DNA of 64,000 nucleotides from an uncultured Candidatus Saccharibacteria bacterium. GTDB lineage: Bacteria; Patescibacteriota; Saccharimonadia; CAZBQI01. Shown in pieces: positions 28,790 through 38,008 of the stretch. Location of the stretch: contig CAZBQI010000005.1 of the NCBI GenBank assembly GCA_964494105.1, forward strand, positions 10,646-74,645. The letters are read 5' to 3'. Positions within the stretch are counted from its first letter, which is position 1, and each line of letters begins with the position of its first letter. The translations under genes and the position numbers were made by a program. The notes beneath the pieces were generated by a model, which did no database searches, was not told the origin of the DNA, and saw only the letters and a list, made by a program, of their open reading frames with translations.

Positions 28790-29961
28790 ATTGTTTTCTT
28801 TTTAGCCAAAACTTTATTATAAACTGATTCGTACTTTTTAAGCGTGGCTTGATTTGAATGGTCCCGAATTACGATCTTGCGGCTTTCGCGTCCAAAGCTT
28901 TTGTGAATAGCTCGATTTTGCAATATCTTGGCAAGCTCGCTCGCAAGCTGGTCTGAGTTCTCGTGTTCAAATAGATAGCCATTTTTACTATCCATGCACA
29001 GCTCTTTTAGAGCAGCTACATCAACTGCGACAACCGGCAGCCCGCTAGCCATAGCCTCTAGTAACACAATACTCTGGAGCTCAGCAGGAGAGGAAATAAC
29101 AAATACGCTTGCTAGGTTATAGATTGCTGGTTTGTCAGACTCGTCGATAAATCCAGTAAACTTAACGCTATCTTTTAGCTCGAGCTTGCCAACCAATGCC
29201 TTCAAAGATGGCCCAGCTTTACCAAAGCCGGCTATAACAAGCTGAGCGTCGGTTTTCTTAATTAGTTCTTGATGCGCCCTTATGATTACATCGATCCTTT
29301 TTTCACCATCAACTCGGCCCAAATAGAGAATAACCGGCTTCTTAACACTTATTCCATACTTTTTAGCAATATGTGAGCTTGGCAAACTAGGTGCAAACAC
29401 CTCAGTATTTACTCCGTTCGATATTGCTTCTGAGGGAGATTTTAGCCCAGCAATTCTTAACAACTCGACGGCTGTCGGAGTAGGGGACGTTACAAAGTCA
29501 CAACGGTTATGGAACCAGGCCAAATACTTCCAAATAAGCCATTTGGAAAAACGGCGTTTACCTGGAAAAGGAACGTTCAGCACCCAATTTTCCGGCATAA
29601 AATGATTCGTAGCGACTATTGGTATTTTGTAATGCTTAGCCCAGGCAAGGGTTGCCAGGCCCATCAAGCCGGCGTTATGAAGGTGAATCACATCTGGATT
29701 CATTTTTTTAATTATTACTGCGGCACTACGCCACGGCCAAAAACTAGCCCGGTATTTGCGATTAATTAAAAGCGTCAGCGACTTTTCACGGTAAATGGTG
29801 TAATTACCATCGTTTTCAGTGTAGGAATGTCGATATTTACCAGGAGCCCACACACTTATTGAGTGGCCGGCCTTTTCTAAGCCCTGCACTAATCGACGCT
29901 CAAAAAGAGCACCACCATCGGCATTCGGCCAGTAGCTTTCACTAACTAAAAGTATCTTCAC
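28786..29961 (-). CDS. GT4 glycosyltransferase, second of an adjacent pair
   Basis: MKILLVSESYWPNADGGALFERRL N-terminus and the GT4 C-terminal E-x7-E region (SPAELQSIVLLEAMASGLPVVA). Confidence 0.75.
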   Translation of the reverse strand: MKILLVSESYWPNADGGALFERRLVQGLEKAGHSISVWAPGKYRHSYTENDGNYTIYREKSLTLLINRKYRASFWPWRSAAVIIKKMNPDVIHLHNAGLMGLATLAWAKHYKIPIVATNHFMPENWVLNVPFPGKRRFSKWLIWKYLAWFHNRCDFVTSPTPTAVELLRIAGLKSPSEAISNGVNTEVFAPSLPSSHIAKKYGISVKKPVILYLGRVDGEKRIDVIIRAHQELIKKTDAQLVIAGFGKAGPSLKALVGKLELKDSVKFTGFIDESDKPAIYNLASVFVISSPAELQSIVLLEAMASGLPVVAVDVAALKELCMDSKNGYLFEHENSDQLASELAKILQNRAIHKSFGRESRKIVIRDHSNQATLKKYESVYNKVLAKKKTI

Positions 29962-29984
29962 GTTTAGTTATGAGTATAGCAAAG

Positions 29985-31100
29985 TCAGCTGTGACTAGAT
30001 TCAAGTCGAAGTAAATGTCGAATTATTTCGGCCTCGGTTGGGGCATTAGCAACCCCATGACCATGCGTAGCTCCTGGGAGTAGGTGGGGTACAACGAGCC
30101 CATTGCCGTTAACGCACGGCATAGCATTAATTTCGTCGAATAATATTAGATCTGCCTTCGTATCACTCACTGCACTTGCAGTAGGGATGTTTGCATGTAT
30201 GGTTAGTCCGGACGTATTTTTTTGAGTGTTAATAATGTCCTGCTTAAGCGTGGCTTTGCGCATAGCAGATACTTGAGCCACCCACTGATGGTAGAGCTGT
30301 CGGCGTGCAACTTGGAGTCCTATCGCTTTCACAATAACGCTAGGCTTTAGTCCGTCTTTCTGTAATTGAACAGCGATTTCATCAGAACTTTCTGCCAGCA
30401 CGGGCTCGGTATACTTACCCTCAAGCCCCATGAATCTACCAAACCCAAACTCAAAAAGTGGGTACTCTATGGCCCCAAGCGGATCATCTAAGACCAGTTC
30501 TGCATGTCCAGCTAGCTGTGAATTCATAAAATAGCCAAGTAAGCTTCTCGTGCCCATGGATGCGCCTACACCATAATCGAACTGCTTACCTTTGCTATCT
30601 AATATCTCTGCAACTTCACGTCCAACAGCTCCAAGACTACCTGTCCTGCGCAATTGTGAACTTGCTGCCATAGATGGCTTACTAGAACGACCAGTTCCCA
30701 GCGTTTGCACCGCTAAAATTTCTACCTCTGGCAGACGGGTAGCAATAATGCCTATTTGATGCTGAAAAGCTGGCCCGTCTATTTCCACGCTCCATGCCGG
30801 CAACCAAAGCATACTTTTACTAGCACCTTTATTGAGTGTCTGTGTTGCTAGCTTCTGGCCAGATGGACCCTCAAGTACATCTACGCCGTTTTCAAGTTCG
30901 GCTTTTACACTTGTCGCCACATCGACTGTTGTTGGAGGGAAAAGCAACGTGTCTGGGTAGGCACGACCTTGTGCGAATAGCTCAGCAGAATAATCCAGCA
31001 TTAGCTGCCCAGCCTGAAACCCATCGTAATAATTAAACTCACCCACAACAGGAGTAGCGCTATCAGCACCTGCAATTGGCTCTATCTCAACTTGTTTCAT
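29985..31100 (-). CDS. Putative alpha/beta-hydrolase fold protein
   Basis: Nucleophile elbow G-x-S-x-G (YGVGASMGT) and a C-terminal His-containing region; 371 aa; otherwise unassigned. Confidence 0.4.
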   Translation of the reverse strand: MKQVEIEPIAGADSATPVVGEFNYYDGFQAGQLMLDYSAELFAQGRAYPDTLLFPPTTVDVATSVKAELENGVDVLEGPSGQKLATQTLNKGASKSMLWLPAWSVEIDGPAFQHQIGIIATRLPEVEILAVQTLGTGRSSKPSMAASSQLRRTGSLGAVGREVAEILDSKGKQFDYGVGASMGTRSLLGYFMNSQLAGHAELVLDDPLGAIEYPLFEFGFGRFMGLEGKYTEPVLAESSDEIAVQLQKDGLKPSVIVKAIGLQVARRQLYHQWVAQVSAMRKATLKQDIINTQKNTSGLTIHANIPTASAVSDTKADLILFDEINAMPCVNGNGLVVPHLLPGATHGHGVANAPTEAEIIRHLLRLESSHS

Positions 31101-31161
31101 TTGTGCATATCATACCATGTTTTTATTTATTACGCAACCATTTGTGGTATAATCAGAACTA

Positions 31162-32178
31162 GTGAAAAAGTTATTAATAAAATGGCGCCCAAGTCGTAAT
31201 CAGCTCATAACTCTTGGAGTAATCGCATCGATATTTATAATTATAAGTATCATACAGTTTTGGCCGCTAAAAAACTCCCCGAACTATGGCATTAGCTTTT
31301 CAAGTAAATATGCGCGTGAACTAAATATCGACCCACAGAAAGCATTTACGGAAATCTTGAGCGAACTCAATGTAAAACTCGTGAGACTAATGAGCTACTG
31401 GGATGAACACGAAAGGGAACAGGGCAAATATGATTTTAGCGAACTTGACTGGCAGCTCAAAGAAGCCTCCAAGCTAGGGGCCAAAGTAAGCTTAGGTATC
31501 GGATTGCGCCAACCTCGTTGGCCGGAGTGCCACGAGCCAGAGTGGACAAAAAGCTTAAATCAAGTAGAGCGAAACATCGCCCTACAAAAATACATAGATG
31601 CAGTGGTGATTAGATATCGAAGCCACCCGGCACTAGAATCATGGCAGTTAGAAAATGAGGCATTGAATACCGCCTTTGGCAAATGCACCGATCACGATAG
31701 GGGACGCATACAGAGCGAGTACAATCGTGTGAAACAACTCGACCCTGCTCATCCAATAATCATGAGCCTGAGTGACCAGCACGGCTTGCCAGTAGGCCAG
31801 CCCGTGCCAGATACCTATGGCATATCTATTTACCGCGTTTTCTACAATAAGCTTATCTACCGCGGCTATATAACCTACCCGACGCCCATTTGGTATCACC
31901 GCCTGCGCAAATTTGCGATTGAAAAAATTCACCACAAGCCGGTTATTATTCACGAACTGCAGCTAGAACCGTGGGGGCCATACTCAATTCCAGAAATGAG
32001 CGCGCAAGAACAAAACAAATCAATGAGTACCAAGCAGATGCAAAAAAACATTAACTTTGCCAGAAAGATTGGTACTCGCGAGACATACCTCTGGGGTTCG
32101 GAGTGGTGGTACTGGCGAAAACATGTACTTAAGGACATAACGCCGTGGGATACTGTAGAAAGAGAGGTAAATAAATGA
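31162..32178 (+). CDS. Putative TIM-barrel glycoside hydrolase (GH5-like)
   Basis: N-terminal TM; a QLENEAL block resembling the NEP acid/base motif and a later HELQLEPWG block resembling a nucleophile region. Confidence 0.4.
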   Translation: MKKLLIKWRPSRNQLITLGVIASIFIIISIIQFWPLKNSPNYGISFSSKYARELNIDPQKAFTEILSELNVKLVRLMSYWDEHEREQGKYDFSELDWQLKEASKLGAKVSLGIGLRQPRWPECHEPEWTKSLNQVERNIALQKYIDAVVIRYRSHPALESWQLENEALNTAFGKCTDHDRGRIQSEYNRVKQLDPAHPIIMSLSDQHGLPVGQPVPDTYGISIYRVFYNKLIYRGYITYPTPIWYHRLRKFAIEKIHHKPVIIHELQLEPWGPYSIPEMSAQEQNKSMSTKQMQKNINFARKIGTRETYLWGSEWWYWRKHVLKDITPWDTVEREVNK

Positions 32179-32666
32179 AAGTAGTGCCTGTTGTAGATCG
32201 CGAAGATAGGGTTATCGGTGTTAAGGATTATCCTGAGCTTACTGATAATGACATCTGGAGAGCGAGCATTCTTTGGGTAATAAACTCAAATAATCAAATT
32301 CTTTTAGCGCAGCGCAAACTAAATAAAGTTATTGAACCAGGCAGATGGGGAGAGTCAGTAGCAGGAACGGTTGAAGTAAATGAAACTTATGAATCAAATA
32401 TCTACAAAGAAGCAGAAGAGGAGATTGGGCTTAAGGGATACAAATTTAAGCGAATTTCTAAAGTTTTTGCAGAAAAAGCCGGCATGGGAAAACGATTCTT
32501 TACAATATATAAAATAGACGTTGACTGGCCTCTTGAAAAGTTTAAACCACAAAAGAGTGAGCTTGAGGCGATTAAATGGATAGATAAGAAACATTTTATA
32601 GATGATATAAAGAAAAATCCCGGAAACTACACTACAATTTCAAAAATATCTTATAAACTTCTTTAA
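32175..32666 (+). CDS. NUDIX hydrolase
   Basis: Nudix box GTVEVNETYESNIYKEAEEEIGL. Confidence 0.8.
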   Translation: MKVVPVVDREDRVIGVKDYPELTDNDIWRASILWVINSNNQILLAQRKLNKVIEPGRWGESVAGTVEVNETYESNIYKEAEEEIGLKGYKFKRISKVFAEKAGMGKRFFTIYKIDVDWPLEKFKPQKSELEAIKWIDKKHFIDDIKKNPGNYTTISKISYKLL

Positions 32667-32677
32667 ATATATAATAA

Positions 32678-33751
32678 TCACCGAATCTTCAGGTCATCAA
32701 GCGCGTCGCTAAGGCGCTTTAACCTCTCCGGCGTAAGTATCCCTGCCTTATGGCAGAAAACGGTTTTCCACAGCAAAGTACGCAAGCGATAAACATCGTA
32801 ACGTTCATCAAAGTCATCTGGCAATTCTGCGACGCTTCTGTAACCTTCTAGGAGTTTCTCTATCCTAGGATAATGTGTTTTCCATGTAGGGCATGAAGCA
32901 ATGTCCAATACGGGATCTGAGGCAACTATTGCCTCCCAATCAATCAGCCCAGTAATTCTGTCTTTTTGGAACATCAAATTGTGGTCGGCGACATCATAGT
33001 GAACCAGGGAAGCGCGCGCTATATTTATAATTTCCTTGCGCTGATTATAGTATTCGATTATTGCTTCGGCTTGATCGAGACTTATATAATTTCCCTGCGC
33101 AAGCTCGCCAAGTTCAGCCTGCACATCTAGCATAATGTAGTCATAATTGGTCTTTTCAGATCCTCGTAGCTCGCCAGCTAGTGCAGCCTGATCGAAACGA
33201 CCAAACCCCGGTAAATTGGCTTGGTGCAGTTTTGCAAGCATTGTACCTAACTGAAATGACATTTTATCGTATGTAGCCTTGTCACCACTAAAATGATCTT
33301 CCAAATCGAGCCCTGGCACTGCCTTTTGGATTTGAAAGTCAAATGGTACATGCCTGCGACTAATATCTACATAAATTATTTCATTCGTAGGAACCCCATG
33401 ACGACGAGCAACATCCGTCGCCAGCTTTTCTGATACCAATACAACTTCCGGCAGCTTATTCCAGCCGGTATTGCTGCGAAAGACCAACTCCTCGGTTTGC
33501 TGCTTAGTTTTCACTAAATAAATAACATGGCCAGTGCCATAAGACTCCGGCTTTCTAATTGAGACAACGCTAAGCCCAAGCCCCGCCGGGGCCAATGCTT
33601 GCTTTACTTGGCTCAATCCGATCTTATCGTATCTATTTTTTAGCTCTTCAAGCTCTTCTAGAGTACGGCTAGAGTGAGGATAATGCTGAGAATCGAATAC
33701 GATTTTTTCGCTTTTAGATGGTAAAACTACGCTTTTTTCGGATGTAGACAT
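32678..33751 (-). CDS. Phosphotransferase-family protein (APH/CotS-like kinase fold)
   Basis: LVHYDVADHNLMF as a Brenner-like catalytic loop and LIDWE as a DxE-like motif. Confidence 0.55.
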   Translation of the reverse strand: MSTSEKSVVLPSKSEKIVFDSQHYPHSSRTLEELEELKNRYDKIGLSQVKQALAPAGLGLSVVSIRKPESYGTGHVIYLVKTKQQTEELVFRSNTGWNKLPEVVLVSEKLATDVARRHGVPTNEIIYVDISRRHVPFDFQIQKAVPGLDLEDHFSGDKATYDKMSFQLGTMLAKLHQANLPGFGRFDQAALAGELRGSEKTNYDYIMLDVQAELGELAQGNYISLDQAEAIIEYYNQRKEIINIARASLVHYDVADHNLMFQKDRITGLIDWEAIVASDPVLDIASCPTWKTHYPRIEKLLEGYRSVAELPDDFDERYDVYRLRTLLWKTVFCHKAGILTPERLKRLSDALDDLKIR

Positions 33752-33791
33752 ATTGCCATAATTCTAGCATAAGAACATCGCACTTATCTGA

Positions 33792-34622
33792 ATGGGAATA
33801 AATTCTGCTAAACTAAAGTCCATGATTAGTATCTACTCTTGGAATGTTAATGGCATCCGCGCGGTACACAAGAAAGGCTTATTTGAGCCATTTATTGCCA
33901 AGTGTCAACCTGATATTTTGTGCCTGCAGGAGACCAAAGCCCAACGGCATCAGTCCGAAGTTGACCTGCCAGAATACACCGAGTATTGGAATTCTGCCGA
34001 AAAACCAGGCTATAGCGGTACAGCCATATTTACCAAAATTAAGCCAATTGCAGTAATTAACGGCTTACCCAAGGACATTATTAAAAAATACAAGGTTACC
34101 GGCGATACCTATGGCGACCCAAATAAAGAGGGTAGGGTAATTGCCGCGGAGTTTGATAAATTCTTTGTGCTGACAGTTTATACACCGAATGCCAAGGACG
34201 ATTTAAGCCGCGTGCCACTACGCCACAATCATTGGGACCCGGCCTTTTTGGCCTACGTTAAGCAATTAGAAAAAAATAAGCCCGTACTATTTTGCGGCGA
34301 TTTAAATGTCGCCCATACCGAGGATGATTTGGCCAGGCCAAAAGAGAATAAAGGCAAAAAAGGTTTTACCAGCGAGGAACGCGCAGGGTTTGAGAATTTT
34401 TTAAAGGCTGGTTTTATTGATACCTTCCGCATATTTACTAAAGGCAACGGCCATTACACCTGGTGGACACACTGGGCTAATGCCCGTGCTCGCAACGTTG
34501 GCTGGCGCATAGATTATTTTTTGGCTTCAAAAAGCCTGCGAAACAATATTAAAAAAGCCGATATCCATACGGATGTAATGGGTAGCGACCACTGCCCGGT
34601 AAGTATACAGATAAATGCTTAA
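33792..34622 (+). CDS. xth: Exodeoxyribonuclease III (Xth/APE family)
   Basis: ISIYSWNVNGIRA, CLQETK and the C-terminal SDHCP motif. Confidence 0.9.
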   Translation: MGINSAKLKSMISIYSWNVNGIRAVHKKGLFEPFIAKCQPDILCLQETKAQRHQSEVDLPEYTEYWNSAEKPGYSGTAIFTKIKPIAVINGLPKDIIKKYKVTGDTYGDPNKEGRVIAAEFDKFFVLTVYTPNAKDDLSRVPLRHNHWDPAFLAYVKQLEKNKPVLFCGDLNVAHTEDDLARPKENKGKKGFTSEERAGFENFLKAGFIDTFRIFTKGNGHYTWWTHWANARARNVGWRIDYFLASKSLRNNIKKADIHTDVMGSDHCPVSIQINA

Positions 34623-35358
34623 GCCAAAACCCAAAAACACGGCACAACCACTAGCGGTATTTGATATAGACGGCACAATCTTCCGTTCGAGTCTGTATGT
34701 TGAAATCGTTCGCCAATTAATTATCGACAAGGTGCTGCCACAGCGCGCTACCCGTGAATTCGATGGCGCTTATGAAGCTTGGAAAGAACGTGTTGATGTT
34801 GATTCTTATCAAATATATTTAAACGCCGTAATAGATGCGTACGAATCGTACCTGCCAACGATAAAAGTTACCGCATTCGAAGCTGCCGCAGCCAAAGTAG
34901 TACGCGCCCAAAAAGCCCATACCTACGTATACACTCGCGATTTAATTGCTAACCTGAAGTCACAAAACTACTACCTTGCAGCTATATCGGCCTCCCAAAG
35001 CGAAGTCGTAGAGCGTTTTGCAAAGATATATGGCTTTGATGCATTTGCGGGCTCTGAATATGGTAAAACTAATAATCACTTTGACGGCACCTATAAAATT
35101 CTAACGAACGAAAACAAGACTAAATTTATGCAAGAATTACTAGCCACAAAAGATATCACCCTAGAAAAAAGCGTAGCCGTTGGAGATTCCGAAGGTGATA
35201 TTGCTATGCTGAGTACTGTAGAGCGACCAATAGCATTTAACCCGGAACGCAAACTGTTTGAACACGCAAAAAGAAACAACTGGAAGATAGTAGTGGAGCG
35301 TAAAAATGTTGTATATGAACTAAGGAAAGAAAATAATGGCTACAAGCTGGACAAGTAG
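34615..35358 (+). CDS. HAD-superfamily hydrolase, subfamily IB (SerB-like)
   Basis: Motif I FDIDGTIF and motif IV VGDSEGDIAML. Confidence 0.75.
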   Translation: MLKPKPKNTAQPLAVFDIDGTIFRSSLYVEIVRQLIIDKVLPQRATREFDGAYEAWKERVDVDSYQIYLNAVIDAYESYLPTIKVTAFEAAAAKVVRAQKAHTYVYTRDLIANLKSQNYYLAAISASQSEVVERFAKIYGFDAFAGSEYGKTNNHFDGTYKILTNENKTKFMQELLATKDITLEKSVAVGDSEGDIAMLSTVERPIAFNPERKLFEHAKRNNWKIVVERKNVVYELRKENNGYKLDK

Positions 35359-35375
35359 ATCTACCAGCCAATTCC

Positions 35376-36182
35376 TTGTTCTTGAGAAAGATAATAATGA
35401 GTGACTGGCTGAAGCAAACTGACGAGCCGCTCTTTCCCGATATTTTCTGGGAGGTTCCACTAAACCGAGCCCAGGCAAAGAAACTACTAATCGTTGGCGG
35501 GCATGCCAAGCAGTTTGCCGAAACGGTAGGGTTATATCAGTATGCATTGGCGGCTGGAATTGGAAGCGCAAGGGTTGTGCTACCAGATTCTTTGCGTAAA
35601 CTAATTGGTAGCCAGCCAGATTGCTTGTTTGTAGAGTCAAATCCATCTGGCTCAATATCAAAAAACGCATGCACTGAAATACTGGCATATGCTAGCGAAT
35701 GCGACGGTATAATTTTTAGCTCTGAGCTTTCACATAATACCGAGACTATCTCTCTACTAGAAACACTATTTACTGAGATAACTTACCCTATATTCTTTAG
35801 TTCAAACGTATTAGAAATGCTATCATTTCAACCCGAATTAATGCTCGGAAACGAACGAGTATTAGTAACTGACACTAAGCGTCTTACGAGGTTCGCAGAC
35901 AAAATACACCTACCAATAACCATCAAACTCCAAGATTCGATATTGAATAAAATTGACTTCATGACCAACATAACAAATACGTATCCGCTAGCGCTCATTC
36001 TGGATGAAAGTCCCTTAATCATTGCCACCGAAGGCCAAGTTTCGTCAACCGAACTTAACCAAAACACTGCTTCAAGCGGTGAGCTCATAGCAAAAATGGC
36101 TGTCTTCTACTTGCAACATACTAATCATTTCAAAGCATTAACATCAGCAGCCTACGCGCTAGCCACAGCTAAATTAAAATGA
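35376..36182 (+). CDS. Hypothetical protein; weak resemblance to YjeF_C / carbohydrate-kinase-like fold
   Basis: KKLLIVGGHAKQFAETVGLYQYALAAGIGSARVVLP loosely fits the YjeF_C glycine-rich pattern; not conclusive. Confidence 0.3.
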   Translation: MFLRKIIMSDWLKQTDEPLFPDIFWEVPLNRAQAKKLLIVGGHAKQFAETVGLYQYALAAGIGSARVVLPDSLRKLIGSQPDCLFVESNPSGSISKNACTEILAYASECDGIIFSSELSHNTETISLLETLFTEITYPIFFSSNVLEMLSFQPELMLGNERVLVTDTKRLTRFADKIHLPITIKLQDSILNKIDFMTNITNTYPLALILDESPLIIATEGQVSSTELNQNTASSGELIAKMAVFYLQHTNHFKALTSAAYALATAKLK

Positions 36183-36211
36183 CAGTACGACGACGCATTA
36201 CATACAGAGAT

Positions 36212-37069
36212 CTACCTTCGAGCTAGTTGCTTGCGAAAATGAGCTTTTTGCCGCTGCCTAAATGAATCTAAATAATCAACTTCTGCTTTCATGGCGCCCC
36301 CGGTAAATAGACTCGAGATTATCGCTGCTAATTCATTCCATGGCAACGCCGTAAATAAATTATCTGCAGCTGTACCAGCGTGATTAATATTTAGAACATT
36401 GGTTAAATTTGCTTCGGCAATTTCACACCGGTTCCTTCTCAGGACAGCACCTAAGTTATCGAGTTCATCTGGATTCAGAAAGTCTATCTGATAAAACGCA
36501 AAGTGTTTTTTTTGCATAGCATCTCTTACTTCTTGGTATCTATATTGATCAGTAAGGAAATGCTGCCCATCGTATGTCGAATCTTGCACTGCCATATTCC
36601 ATGACTGCATTCTAGTAGTCAAGTATTCAGTAGCCATAAAAACACCTGTTGGAGTACCAAATAAATTTGATTCAAGCCACGCAAAGAATTCTCGTTCTGC
36701 TTTCATAAAGGATCGAAGATTATCATGACGATTAACAAGCTCCACATGAACCCGCTGTGTAAAAAGCACCCATGGATCCTTATCGCAAAACATTACGACT
36801 TCATCATCTGGAAGGTGAGCCATAGCTGTTTCAAATGAGCCGTGGCCAACTATCATAGTAGCAGCATGCATACCTGTTGTAGGTTCGGGCCTCATCTGCG
36901 CTGCACGCTGATACGCCACACCAGTAAAGCCGTCATTGCTCGTTAGATAATGCAAATCCATGCTATAGCCTGGATCAAAATCTAACGGCGGGCCGGCCAT
37001 AGTAATCGCCGTCGCAATTTCGGCAGGAGATAAAACCTCTAAACTAGGAACTTCACCAGTAACGGTCAT
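36212..37069 (-). CDS. Hypothetical protein
   Basis: 285-aa ORF with uniform coding-like composition; no motif recognised. Confidence 0.4.
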   Translation of the reverse strand: MTVTGEVPSLEVLSPAEIATAITMAGPPLDFDPGYSMDLHYLTSNDGFTGVAYQRAAQMRPEPTTGMHAATMIVGHGSFETAMAHLPDDEVVMFCDKDPWVLFTQRVHVELVNRHDNLRSFMKAEREFFAWLESNLFGTPTGVFMATEYLTTRMQSWNMAVQDSTYDGQHFLTDQYRYQEVRDAMQKKHFAFYQIDFLNPDELDNLGAVLRRNRCEIAEANLTNVLNINHAGTAADNLFTALPWNELAAIISSLFTGGAMKAEVDYLDSFRQRQKAHFRKQLARR

Positions 37070-37101
37070 TAAGGTTTTATAACAGCTTTTCTACAGATTG
37101 T

Positions 37102-37662
37102 CTACCCAATGTATGCCGTCACCAGCACCGTTGCCCAAAACAATAGTAGGTAGATGTATTGGTAGATAAATATCTTCTCTCGACTTTTCTTCGAAATAAA
37201 AAACATACACCAAAACAGCGTCATCACCAAAAAACTGATCATGCTAAAGATTTTGGGAAACCCCGAGATAGCGGGTGAGACACTCATCCAAAGTGTAAAG
37301 ATATACATGGTCAACGCCATAGTGAACGCGGCGATGTAGTGAATGATGCTGCTCAAGCCTTTACCAGTATCCGGAACCCATGCTGCAGTTAACTGCCCGA
37401 TGCTGCCAATTGTAATTATTGCAGCCAAAACCATACTCAAGTGATAATGCGGTACAAACCAAAAGACAACAAACAACCAAAAGAAACTTTGACCAACAAC
37501 CGATGTGATTGCAAAAAGCAGATATGGCCGCTTATCGAGCGCTATATGCTTGCTTAGCGTTAGCGCATTATCAGCATGCCATTTGTGGCTAATGTACGCA
37601 GTTACCGCCACAAATATTGCTATCGAGTATAAACCAAAATATTTAAATGCTTCTACGCTCAT
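37102..37662 (-). CDS. Hypothetical polytopic membrane protein
   Basis: 186 aa, about 6 TM helices. Confidence 0.5.
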   Translation of the reverse strand: MSVEAFKYFGLYSIAIFVAVTAYISHKWHADNALTLSKHIALDKRPYLLFAITSVVGQSFFWLFVVFWFVPHYHLSMVLAAIITIGSIGQLTAAWVPDTGKGLSSIIHYIAAFTMALTMYIFTLWMSVSPAISGFPKIFSMISFLVMTLFWCMFFISKKSREKIFIYQYIYLLLFWATVLVTAYIG

Positions 37663-37712
37663 TGCTTGTAATCATAACAAACTAAATAAACGTATGAAGC
37701 TGAAATCAGATT

Positions 37713-37730
37713 TGGTGCCGCGGGTGGGAG
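37713..37730 (-). repeat. Direct duplicate of the 3'-terminal 18 nt of tRNA-Leu (up to 23/24 nt with 3' flank), 144 bp downstream of the intact gene
   Basis: tggtgccgcgggtgggag occurs at 37713-37730 and at 37875-37892. The extended match is GATTT-GGTGCCGCGGGTGGGAGT versus GATTTATGGTGCCGCGGGTGGGAGT. Confidence 0.6.
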
Positions 37731-37837
37731 TATAGAAATATAATCTGTATCAGTGCTCGAAACTAGGAGGTAGTTTCTGCGCGCTGATTTGATTATCGAA
37801 CCCTCGCTTTGCTGTGTGGGTTCGACCATAAAGTAAT

Positions 37838-37873
37838 AAATCCACAATTTCACTAATGTGAACATGTGGATTT
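37838..37873 (-). terminator. Near-perfect palindrome immediately 3' of tRNA-Leu, a putative tRNA terminator
   Basis: AAATCCACAATTTCAC TAAT GTGAACATGTGGATTT: a 9+4 bp interrupted stem, one nt from the tRNA CCA end. Confidence 0.45.
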
Positions 37874-37874
37874 A

Positions 37875-37963
37875 TGGTGCCGCGGGTGGGAGTCGAACCC
37901 ACACTCCCGGTAAAGAGAACTGGATTTTGAGTCCAGCGCGTCTGCCAGTTCCGCCACCGCGGC
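37875..37963 (-). tRNA. tRNA-Leu (anticodon CAA), long variable arm, encoded CCA
   Basis: The reverse complement GCCGCGGTGGCGGAACTGGCAGACGCGCTGGACTCAAAATCCAG...GTGGGTTCGACTCCCACCCGCGGCACCA shows anticodon loop CTCAAAA, T-arm GTGGG-TTCGACT-CCCAC and a 17-nt variable arm. Confidence 0.9.
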
Positions 37964-38008
37964 ATAAATACTATAGTAGTAATTTTGCAAGATTATTACT
38001 AGTAGACT

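Noticed and set aside
37659-37965. ORFs 37659-37865(-) and 37750-37965(-) overlapping tRNA-Leu and its downstream palindrome
   Set aside because: They overlap a bona fide tRNA gene and the duplicated att-like repeat, and no protein-like composition is seen.
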